Shown: positions 52,663-64,000 of the stretch, piece by piece | How positions within the stretch are numbered: position 1 is the first letter of the stretch | Layout: the number at the start of each line of letters is the position of its first letter | Source of the DNA: Ylistrum balloti | Lineage: Eukaryota | Reading direction: 5' to 3' | DNA length: 64,000 nucleotides | NCBI RefSeq assembly: GCF_031769215.1 | Contig: NW_026782349.1 | Location: forward strand, 367,634 to 431,633 | Translations under genes and position numbers: made by a program | The notes under the pieces: generated by a model | What the model saw: the letters and a program-made list of their open reading frames with translations, nothing else | The model's database searches: none | What the model was told of the DNA's origin: nothing

Positions 52663-55600
52663 TTCCCATCGCTACATGTTAGCATTTCCTTATCATAACA
52701 TGCTTGTTAACATAAAATGTTCGTGGGTACTTACTTTCGTGGTTTAGGCCTGAGAGTGGACATGTGAAACATTTTCCTTAACATTGTACGTGAGACACAC
52801 AAGTGAAGAACTTTATATAATGAAGCTGTTTCGACCTTTCCGTCCTTCTAGGACTCGTCAGTGAAGCAAAATACTTCAATTTTGAACGCTAGGAGGAGAA
52901 TTAACAAAACCGAAATCGATAGATAGACATTTCTATATTTAGATGAGGAGGTCGCAGTAGTCGCATGTTACAATACGTTTCGTTAGAACCATGAGGCTCA
53001 GAAGTCTCGTTGTCAGTTTCCCGGACCAAAATTTGAGAACGTGACATGCCAAGGGGTTTACAAGGAGTATAAATGTTTTAAATCGCACGTTTATTCGTAG
53101 TGGGAACCACGTGATTATTTACACTCTGGTGATCTACTCTTGATTATTCCGTGTGTTTCTGATCTTAAAGAGTATTGTAAATCCAGGCTTCTTTATATAT
53201 GGTGCTTCAGCTTTTTATTTTTGTTTTCTAAATTTATGACTTATCCCCGTGAGTCTCTATCAGTCAGTACAACCGTTGTGCACGTATATCATTATGACTT
53301 TGTTACCTGGGGCACATGCGGATGTTCAGAGTGGCACGTAGTCCTAGCCAAATGTATCAGAGGCAAGGTCACCTATCTGTATGTCCTCTGATAGACAAAG
53401 AGGGTCAGTGTCGGGGTCACTTTACATATTGTCTTTATAGCTGTCCTTATAGCCGGATCACTCGACATTCAAAATAAGTATGTGTCCACCCAGTGTCAAT
53501 GAGGGCTGTTAAAATGTCTAAAACTCTATTTTCTAGATTTATAGTGTAATTTCATTTAATAGAGGGGTTCAATGTTTAGTTTATACTATAATGGGTTACA
53601 ACATTATATTACTGTCTCTTACAAATGTTACATTGGAACAGTGTAACATTCTGAGCAATTCCGTGCTCTTATATTTTTATTTTGGTCATGGGGCCAATTA
53701 ATTTGTCACACTCAACAACACTTGTTTTAAATGTTTCGTCTCGTTTGTTTGCGGTCATTTGATGTTGCACACATATTTATCATGCTACATAACAGTTGTG
53801 TCCCAAATACAAAAATATTAAATCACCAAATGCCCACCAAATGACACACAGATGAAAATTGACATGGATTATAGTAATAACGGATTTTTGAGCAAGATTT
53901 ATCCACGAAATTAAATGCTAGCAAAAACGTATATTTTTGCTTCAAGAAAATATATATGATTTTACATATAAAATTGTACCATGACATTAATTGGAAATAT
54001 AAAGGAGAATAAGATTAAGTGTTTTAAAAGGGTTTATTGCAGTAAACCTCAAGTATTGCTATGTTCTCAAAAATTAAAACCAAATAATTGACAGGAAAAA
54101 AATACAACTGTATATGCAGAATACCATCAACCAGAATATCTCAATCCTTGTGTTGTGCTTTGTCCGTTGGCAATCAATGTTCAAATTGGAGATCATGGGA
54201 AACGTGTGAAATATCGTAATTTAAATAAACAGGACCATATATCCTTTACCACACCGCTCGTTGAACTGACATTAATGCAACATGTCAACAAAATCGTAAT
54301 ACAGACTCGATAAAACAAAGGTCAAATAAAAAAAATAAGCCCCTGGGGAATCATTCCAGTCGTATCTACAGGGTAAGCGTTTTCTTCTTCATTGATAAGA
54401 ACATTTGTGTAAATCTAGTCCATTAAATTAAGTAATGTGACGTTCTCAAATAAGAAGTGAGTTAACAACAAACCGGATACATCTAACTTCCTCGATATTT
54501 CCCAGTGATGTCGTGATGGCAACATTTAAACTTTACATAGACTCATCAATCTACGCGAGGCTCTTTTATTTTGTCAGCTCTCAACATATATCACAGAAAT
54601 TTTGATATTTTGAACAAGTTATAGAATATTGCCTTTAATTAAAACATGGTCAACTTGCCAAGCCACCTATAAAAGGTTATGGGTGATGGTGAAGTTTAGA
54701 AATTCTTATATAAACGAGGAAGGTTTGTATGTTTAAGTGATAATCAGAAAGATTGTAATATCGGAGTATGATTAGATAGTGTTCTAACCTTGGATAAGAT
54801 AGATGGTGGTATGGCTTTACTGGTTATCAGCTTTATTTGTTGTTATTTTGTAAGCAGGAACATACGCGAGTACAGACAATGACCATGTTACCAGACGTAT
54901 TTTCTGCTGACATTGTTCTCTCCGTGCATATCGTTAAACGTGGTCTTTATATCAATAAGTACAGACTTGTGTTTGGAATTCATTCTAGACTTTGAGCTGG
55001 TAATTATTTGTAAATTATGAACCCATTCTGAAAACGAATCCAATAAATCATATTCCTGTTTCATCCACTCGCAGGCATAGCCTTCAAATGAGCCCATAAA
55101 TATTTAAAATTCAGATAAATGTAGGAGTCAGTCGATATTATTTCCTTTTCACGAGATTTTCTGTTGGTGTTTGGCTTAGATCGCCAGTATTGACTTGTTC
55201 AACTCGACAATGGTAATGAGGGAAATATAACAGGAAAATACTGAGTAAGGGTGCCCGATTTACGGTCGTGTATATCTACCAACCCAAAGACATTGCTGGT
55301 CAGGTTGTCAATGCTTATCATAAACAACTCTGTGCACTTCTTCAAAATCATCTGATCAATGGCCCAAATGCTGGGGTGTACATTATGACAATATTGAAGA
55401 CGGCTTTAAGATCAGATTTAAAAAAAATGACAGCTTAAACTCTAAATTTGCATCTTATATGTGATAACTTGACCATTGTCCAAAAACATTTCCTGCATAA
55501 AAAGGGGGATGGGGGTTGAGGTTTGGGAGTTTCGGGGTTGCTTATTAATGATGAAACATCTACTATACACTACCCAATTTTCCCACAACACAGACAAAGC

Positions 55601-57789
55601 ATACTTCATTTTTACTATTGTTGAAATTTATGATGCCAGTTAATAATAATGACACGGACCTGCCACATTCATGTTGGATTCCACAACTCCACAAGAATCA
55701 ATATAAACAATATTTTATAACTAGCTTGTCCAGTTGTTCTACTAAAGTTTTCTCAAAGATTCCTACTACAATTTCTTAGTACTGTCAAATCAAGGCCAGC
55801 CTTTTGTTTTACTGCTTACTCGAGAAGGGGAATTAATGGTATGACGATTAAAGAAACCCCAATGAGTTTTCACCAAACTTAAACATTCTCTCCGAAAAAA
55901 ATCTACTTTTAGAATATTTTATTTTTCCACTTAGCACAATTCCATGTCCGTGATGAGTTTGGTGGTCAGATTTTACTACAGGCTATTAGCATACCTACAA
56001 CAGGGCGCCTAATCTGGCCGACTTGTATCGAAGGCCTTATCGAATCAGGTCACCGTGACATTGCCACGTCCTTTAATCTTACTTTTAGATATAATGATAG
56101 TGTCTTGTCTCTAAATATCAAGAAATTTATAGACATATATACCACACAAGAATTGGAAATCAAGGACACGACACACTTTTATACCAGCCGCTCTTTATCG
56201 TCAATTTGTTGATAAAGTCCATCACATACCCATCAGTTTGAAATCAAAGACACGACAGAGTACAGCAACCGCTTATCTCGATGTTTTCACTACAAAAAGA
56301 AAAACAACAACAACAAGGACAGCTTTCCACCAAACTGAATTATAATCGTTATGAAGTCGGTTCCTCCGTTAATTTTCCGTTTCAGTATTCAGCGGATTGT
56401 TCTTAATATCACGATTTCCGTACAATTTGTCGACAGCAGATAAAGTCACAACACACGGTTTTGAAAGATACAAGTTGACGGAAAGTTTTACAATCGACAT
56501 AATGATTTCGTTTGGAAATATAAGTGTATCTTATTTTATTGTGCGATAAGAAGTTGGACGTGTTTGATGCTCATTTGCATACATGTACTTGGTGATTCCC
56601 TTGTTGTTTACCGTTTCTGATTTGGGAGCGTGGTGTTACTTAGATTGACCACGATGAAGCATAAGACGCCTGTTGTCTCGGAGATCCTGCTTTTATATGT
56701 ACTTTTAGGGATGTACGTGTAAATATTTTAATCTCATTTCATGGCTTTGAGCTTGCACTAAACCTCTGTGGACACGGTATTCCCTTGTTGTTTTAACCCT
56801 GGTTCAGTAATGCTAAGTCTTAGTTGTAGTGGAACTCTTCTGTATCTATCTGAACAGATATGCCTCTTTCCGTATAAAACATCCGCTCTCATTGTATTTC
56901 TTTCTTAAACACATTAATGATGGAGCAAATATCAGTTCCGAATTCACAAGAAAAATGGTGAATTTCAATATTCTTAAGTGGAGTTAAAGATTAGGACCAG
57001 TAATACATAAAGCAGAACATATTAGAGGAATCCGGTGTAGTTTGAGATTTCTGTAAGAATCACAGAGGTAGTATACGAGAAACCCATTTGTCATCAACGA
57101 AGTGTTCATATAACGTATGGGAGGTGCTAGAAGAAAAATGATATTTTGTTCGCCACTGATGAACAGTACGTGCATATGTGCACATTATTCGTTCTGTAGG
57201 TTATTCTTGTGTGTCCTCACATCAGAATCCATTTATCATTTGTTTCCGGATACAACAGCTTGATACAGAAGGGTAATTTGTTTAAGTTGTTATACCAAGG
57301 TAGATATTTTAAGACTGTTGTACGTTAAGGTGGGGCTGTGGGAGGTACCTATAAATGATCACTGAGACACTACAACGTATATAAGCCAATATTAATGAGC
57401 GTCACCACTTTGTAGCTCTGTTATTGATGACGCTCCACACTTAGGTCAAGACACTAATAATAAATTTGTTTTGTCTCTCGCCTAATATAGTAGGATAGTT
57501 TCTGCGTTATATACACCTACAAGAATAAAGGAAAAAAAAGTAAAAGCGATCTTTTACGGAATGGAATGACAAAAAAATCACCTATATAGTGTCCGCAATT
57601 CCAAAATATTTGACATAAATACGTAGCAATGGAATGGAAGTTTTTATAACACAATCAGTAGAAGGGCTGAGTGTTTCGATGACTACACGGTCACCTTCAT
57701 CAGACAAATGCCCAGTGTTAAGCGTACCAGCTGTTAGAGCGTAGCCGACTTGAGTACACCACACTGTTACCATCTTGTGTACTTTTTAA

Positions 57790-58075
57790 TGTTCCCGGAT
57801 CGAAAGATCGGGGATATATTGGTTTTGTGCTGTGTGTTTGTCTGTCTGTCAACTTTAACCTTGCCCATAACTGTTGTACCGTAAGAGGCAGGACTTCCAT
57901 GTCGTGACAAGACCTTTCCCGTTGTCCCAAAAATTTAACCATGTGACCTTGATCGCTATCTACATTGAAAAAATGAACATTGGCCATATCTATTGTTCTT
58001 GTGACAAGGCCTTTCTGGTAGCACCAATTTTTTTGACCATGTGACCTTAATCGTGACTTTTGGCCTACAATTTAA
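57790..58075 (-). mobile_element. Dispersed repeat family, copy 2, in inverted orientation relative to 14281-14660
   Basis: The reverse complement gives tgtaggccaaaagtcacgattaaggtcacatggtcaaa…cttgtcacaag…gatcaaggtcacatggttaaa…gacagacagacaaacacacagcacaaaaccaatatatccccgatctttcgatccgggaac. This is colinear with copy 1 and carries the same (GACA)n and cccgatctttcgatc tail. Confidence 0.75.
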
Positions 58076-61000
58076 AGTAAAAAAGATAACTATCACAATG
58101 AAAACATTAGTGTTCCTCAAAGTGTGTATGAAGTTAGCACTTGCCTTACAGTCTTAATGTTCCACTTTAGAACTTTGTCGCGACCGGGTGCATGGAGTTC
58201 CATAAGCGCATCTTGTTCTATAATCTGTTTACCATCTCGTCACACTATTTTCGACCTTGGTGTACAAAGGATTATAGAAGAGCCGAAGGAGTTGGTTGAT
58301 TCCTCACCATCCCGGACACTACATACGTCATTGTTGTAAGACCTTGTATTCTATTGACATTACCAACATGAAGAAAATGTTTCGAAACATCTAGTAACAA
58401 AAAGTAAAAAAAAAAAAAAAAAGGAAAAAAATCACACCGCACAAGGAACCTTATTGTACATGTATGTGAGGTTATCATTGCAGCCATCAAACTTTCCTGT
58501 AGCAACCTGTATCTTTAGTGTAACATTTTCAGTTAACTGTCGACGTCTGTCAGGAAAACTGCCATAACCGGAACAAGTTCTATAATGTTCAATCAATTGT
58601 AACTGTTAAGACCGTAGTATAGGGCAGCAGGAATGTTACTATCAAGACAGGAAAAGTCCACAGTATGGAAATTAAGATAAAAACTGTCCCTGTTGGTTAT
58701 CTGGTACTTGAAAGTGTAAGCTGCTAGTAATCGCACGGCAATACTCTGTCGGAATATATTGCCACTAAACACATGCTCATTTGGTTAAGGTCATTTATCG
58801 GATAAAGGTTTCTCTACACCAGCAGTCTATGTCACGTGTATTTGAATACTATAACTCCGAGTCTTTTGGTGCTATTTTACATTATATTTTAAACTTCACT
58901 TCAACAGTCTGTATGCAAAATATAATTTCTCCCGGCGAAATTGTTCGTAAGAAATTTTGAAGGTTTTATAAACTTGAACACGTTTGTTGGCATCATTCCT
59001 AGTATGGTACATGCTAAGTGACATCATTTTAGACCAAGGATAACAATAACTTCAGATATATGACGATGATTTAAAGATTTCGGCAGTTTTGCCTAAAGAC
59101 ACTGGATTAATAAAGATGACTAAGGTACGTCTTGTCAAGCTAAATCACAATTCCAAACCTTGGTTTTCTTTATATATATATATATTTTTTTATTCATTTA
59201 TTTATTTTTTTATTTTTTGTTAAGACAGTTGTGAACTCTTCGACCATAACTTTTCTCTAGCAAACTATACATACTGTCAAGTACTGCGGTTCTGGGTTGA
59301 ATGTGTCAGGTGGGCGAAAAACACTTGACAGACATACATAGATCATACATTTACGTACAAATGTACTTATTCTTGTGAACCTGATACAGACATAAATTTG
59401 TATAATAGGACAGTGGCCTCCGTCAAACAGTGACTACAAGCTTTAACAGGGATGATCAAAGTTCACGTCAATATGCATAGAATTGTATGTCAGATTTAAT
59501 ATGGTATTGAAAATATCGTTAGACTTACAGAATAACAAACAACAGATCTCATGGCGTTAGCTGAGAAAATAAGTGATAGCCCAATATCAATATTCCGTGT
59601 AAAGGTCATTGTGACAGGCCATTTTGGTCTGATTAATGCTTATCAGCACTTAATATTATATGCCAACAAAACGCCGCACTGTCTGGTGTCAGTTGGTACA
59701 TTACACCATAGATTTCGTGAATGAAGCACCACTATTACAATGTAGTGTGACAGTCCAAGGAGCGCAATTTCTTAATCAACATCAAACTAATTTAGGATTT
59801 CAATTAACTAGAAGCCTGCTCTTGGCTCCTGTTCATTAACAGCAGTTCCTTTACTTAGCAGTGCATTAATTAATGATTAATACCGATAATCTTTACAATC
59901 ACAGTGCTACACTATAAAGTAACGAGTCTAACATACATACGTGTGTAATAGGAGTCTTACATAATGTACACTGTATTGGATACAGCTCTTTATAAACACT
60001 GAAGAGGGTGTCATTTAACAGAATATTAATACCTTCTAAAACTTGTATAACAGACCAGGTGATGTCCATATTTACCACCAACTGTAACTAAATCCAGTGT
60101 CACTGTCATATATAGAGTACAGCTTTTCTTTTTTATGAACTAGTCATTTGTACAAATTCTTTGGATGTAAAAACTGTGATATTGTTTGAAACAGGCAAGT
60201 TCTCACGTTGTGCCTCAGTGGCCTTACAGCAAACAGTGGAAGGGGAGATAATTCTCGTATGTGACAATAATCTCTTATTGGAGATATTAACATTTTACTA
60301 CAAACAATTGTAAATTTACTTTGAATTCCTAATGATAGGAGAAGAACACCATACCACGCCACTCCACAGTAATTACAGACAACACAGAATCCTACATCAT
60401 GAGGTCCTAAAATGTCTGATGGCCCTTAACTTATCCATTGGGTCAGGTAAATAAAAAATGAAATCAAAATTGGAAAAAAAAAAAAAACACGCAACAACAT
60501 AAAAAAGTAGCTGATACAATTTATTTATACTGTAAATCATCAAAACAAAAATTTAACAATCAAAACTTTTTCAATGTTATCTGAAGAGTGAGGCAAGTAC
60601 AGAAGACATTCAGAAATTGCTTGCATGATGATGCACTCTTTTATCACAGAGATCAGCGATTTCACCGAAATATCTATAGCCGTCTGAACAGGATGATGTT
60701 TAAAACATGCTGACTGGATTGATGAGCATCTGAATATTTCTTCTTACCAGTCACAAAGATCATTGTAACATACTTAACATAAATTTAACCCTAAACAAAA
60801 CAAGACAAATATTGGTAAATTAATGCTTATATTCTTTACATAACTTTTCCTTTGGTTGTACAGAAACATTTGGCATTTCTTATACATTTATTGAAGTATT
60901 GATTTAAAAGTTTCAACATTCTTCTATGTTCAAGTCACTATTGTCAAAACATTTGAAAAAGACATCAAAATTTCACCAAACAATGCCGTTAAAACAACAC

Positions 61001-61142
61001 CAGTTAAACTACTCAGGTAAAATAATTTGCCCTATACTATGCTAGCAAAATTTTTATTGAACCATAGGAAATGGATCTATCTTTATGTACATTCTGACTG
61101 TTTCATAAATGTTGTATCATTGTCATCTTGGCATATTTCAAT

Positions 61143-61372
61143 TTAACCTTGGCTGACATTAATTCAACCTGACTTCAACCTTTAAGTCTAACCTTGTCTG
61201 ACATTAATTCATACCGACTTCAACATTTCAATCTAACCTTGTCCGACATTAATTCAAACTGACTTCAACCTTTCAGTCTAACCTCCGACATCAACATTTC
61301 AGTCTAACCTCCGACATCAACATTTCAGTCTAACTTCCCACATCAACATTTCAGTCTAACTTCCAACAAATC
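61143..61372. repeat. Small minisatellite: three units of about 57 bp, then four units of about 26 bp (tctaacctccgacatcaacatttcag)
   Basis: The sequence reads taaccttg[g/t]c[t/c]gacattaattca…gacttcaacctttcagtc three times, followed by shorter derived units. Confidence 0.8.
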
Positions 61373-63046
61373 AATGATTGGAATCACACATCTATCAAAC
61401 AAAACAACACTCAATAAAACCTGTATCAGTCACTGGAAAAGTAACGGGTCGCAGAGACACAAGTCCAAGTCACACAGGATCGATGTTGTAAACCTTCAAA
61501 CAGGCTACTTGATGGGGGTGGCATGGATTAGGAAAGTCTCTTTACTTAATGCTAATCCTAGACAACAATGATACTTATTCTAGATGTGTGCTGTTATGAG
61601 GATGGTCATTATACAGAGGTCTTATAACACAGTGTTGATTTTCCCATGTGTACTAGCAATCCAATTAAAATTGGATCCCTCATTTCACTTGTTGTGAGGT
61701 ACGTAGTAAAATGTACCTTGTGAAATGAGCGATATGATTTTAATTTGTTTGGTGTAAAATGATGAGATAATGATGCTAGCATCATATACAAATTCTAAAT
61801 CAGACAGGACTATGTAAAACTAGATCTAATTATGTACAGATAATGCACTTAACTTCAATTGCACACAGAAATATAAACAACTGCTTAATCACTAATCATT
61901 ATTGGTACATCTAATGTATTACAAATATCAGAACATCAAAAGTGAAGTCTTTATAATACTCACTAGATCTTTATACTCTCAGATCTTTTTATCAGTGTTA
62001 ATATGTTTCAATAACACATACAATGCTTTAGAAGCCTAAAAAATATATCATCATTTCAAAGTGATACCAGGTTCTATATAGCTATTTAAATTAAGACCAT
62101 AAAATTGATTTCTATAGTAATAGCTATGTTTTCAATACTAAATTTACATACGTTGAATGCATATCCAAGAGTATCACAGATATATGGCTACAAAACAGCA
62201 TATGTCTCAGCTACAAGTAGCTGTTTAGAACTGGCCTGAACCTGGAAAGTCTGAGACATATTCATATTGAGACAAACATGTACATGAATAACAGATCAAA
62301 CCTGAAAAAACACTAACATAGTCTGCCAATGTACTTATAAATATATATTGCATATACATGTACTCTAAAGCTTATAATCAGGTTGTTATTTCAAAGTTTA
62401 AAATATCACAGGTAATCACATTATGCTACTGTGCACTCTTATTATACTAAATTATATGTGGGTAAGCATGCATTTCCCAATTCTACATTCCTAATCACCA
62501 TTTTATGTGTGGCAGTGCTACATACATACATCTAACAATAAATACATGATTCCTTCTTTCTTGTTTTAAATCAGAACTTAGGTGGTTAAATTTCTTGATA
62601 TGATATTTATTTCCATCGTACCAAGATGAACTGTCTGGTGACCAATCTCCTATACCAGTATATACCTAGTACATATACCCACTGACAAAAGATATAGGAT
62701 AGGTTCTCTGTATGTTTATTTACTGGAATAGCTCCCCGAATAAAGTTACCAAGTTTGGTCATGTGCAAAGAATTGGTGAAACGCATATCAACATGGCACC
62801 AATATATTGTGTTAACATGTATGTATAGATATCTCTGTGTTCTAGAATGTATCCATAGATATCTATATGTAACCTAGAATGTATCTATACTCCTATGAAC
62901 ACCATCCAGATTAACACTGAAATAATGGGAGCTCATGAGGTGAAATATAAATACTGTGTGATGTTCGTTTTCAATATATATATTATTTTTTTGATTATAA
63001 CAACCATTGTCAAAAACTAAACAGTAAAAATGAAAAAAACAGACAA

Positions 63047-63367
63047 CTGCTGTATCCTATGTAATGGCAGACAACTGCTGTATCCTATGTAAGGACAGAC
63101 AACAGCTGTATCCTACGTTAAGGCAGACAACTGCTTCAACCAAAGGAAGAGCAGACAACAGTAACATCTAATGGAAGGGCAGACAACTGCTTCACACACC
63201 CGAAAAGCAGGTAACAGCAACATCCAATGGAAGGACAGAGAACTTCATACAACATAAGAACATCCAATGTAAGGGCAGATAACTGCTGCTCCAAACCAAA
63301 GAGCAGACAACTGCTGCACCCAACCAAAGCGCAGACAAAGGGCAGACAACTGTTGCATCCAATGAAA
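63047..63367. repeat. Degenerate 28-bp minisatellite, about 11 copies (gcagacaactgctgtatcctatgtaagg)
   Basis: The word gcagacaac[t/a]gct recurs every 27-30 bp with increasing decay. Confidence 0.8.
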
Positions 63368-64000
63368 GGGGAACTGTAATGTCTAAATATCAGAGAATAC
63401 TTTGAAAGCAAAAGCTGCCAATATGTAATGTATTTTCTGATTGAAAGCACTTCTTTGCTGGGATTTTTCATAATTCACACCATATAAAGAAAGTTTACAG
63501 AAATGTTGAAAAGGATACAACTTCTTGGAAGTATATTTATATATATAACTGAATTTCTAAGTCAAGACCTAAATGGAAAGACAAAACACTTCCACTGGAA
63601 TTTGCATTTAAAGACCATTTCAACTGTTTCCGGTAAAATTCACATAATGCAAAGCTTAAATCCTCCAGATTATAATAAACGGAATAAAACAATATCAATT
63701 TTTCATTGTTTGCTTTGTCAGTTAGTTAGGAAAAGTTACATTATGCACACAACACACAACTAAAATAGAACAGTAAAATAGGTAATCCAAATGTTCTCAG
63801 TATTAACAGGTTTTAATGAAGAACTGTACACACAATGGTGATGACATTTCAGCCCCAGGGCAATGAAACTGACTAGTATATATTTGTCTATCACAGGCCT
63901 AGCTTTAGAATTATTACCTGATACAGCCATTCAATGAACCTATCAGGTATATAACGATGGAAGAAATCTGCATTACCTTTACAGGAATAAAAAATAAATT

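Noticed and set aside
58403-58420. A17 homopolymer, a possible retroposon poly(A) tail
   Set aside because: There are no recognisable SINE/LINE body or target-site duplications upstream. It may simply be a mononucleotide microsatellite.

Overview
This window is eukaryotic nuclear DNA, not prokaryotic. It is AT-rich and has spliceosomal introns with GT-AG boundaries, a Pol III tRNA gene, microsatellites, satellite arrays and transposon relics. It is most likely from an invertebrate metazoan, but the exact taxon cannot be told from sequence alone. I found no CRISPR array, operon or prokaryotic defence-type system.

The only protein-coding gene I can support is a complete five-exon flavin-containing polyamine oxidase gene of the SMOX/PAOX family on the + strand. 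Its CDS runs from 19118 to 41133 and gives about 487 aa. It has a GxGxxG FAD-binding N-terminus and aligns contiguously with vertebrate spermine oxidase / N1-acetylpolyamine oxidase. The introns are 5.1, 6.4, 8.8 and 0.28 kb and are full of repeats.

Other supported features:
- A tRNA-Phe(GAA) gene at 11937-12009 (+) with a downstream T-run.
- A decayed non-LTR retrotransposon reverse-transcriptase relic at about 17100-17900.
- Three short foldback/MITE-like elements. One of them (49669-49930) is validated by a filled-site versus empty-site comparison against a paralogous repeat copy at about 18065-18240.
- A dispersed repeat family carrying perfect AGGTCAAAGGTCA (DR1) nuclear-receptor-type motifs. 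Copies lie in inverted orientation at 14281-14660 and 57790-58075.
- At least eight unrelated tandem arrays, with units of 30, 42, 93, 55, 27-30, 62, about 57 and about 28 bp. Four of them are packed into 43-53 kb immediately downstream of the gene.

Nearly all long ORFs in the supplied track fall inside these tandem arrays and are stop-free repeat artefacts.
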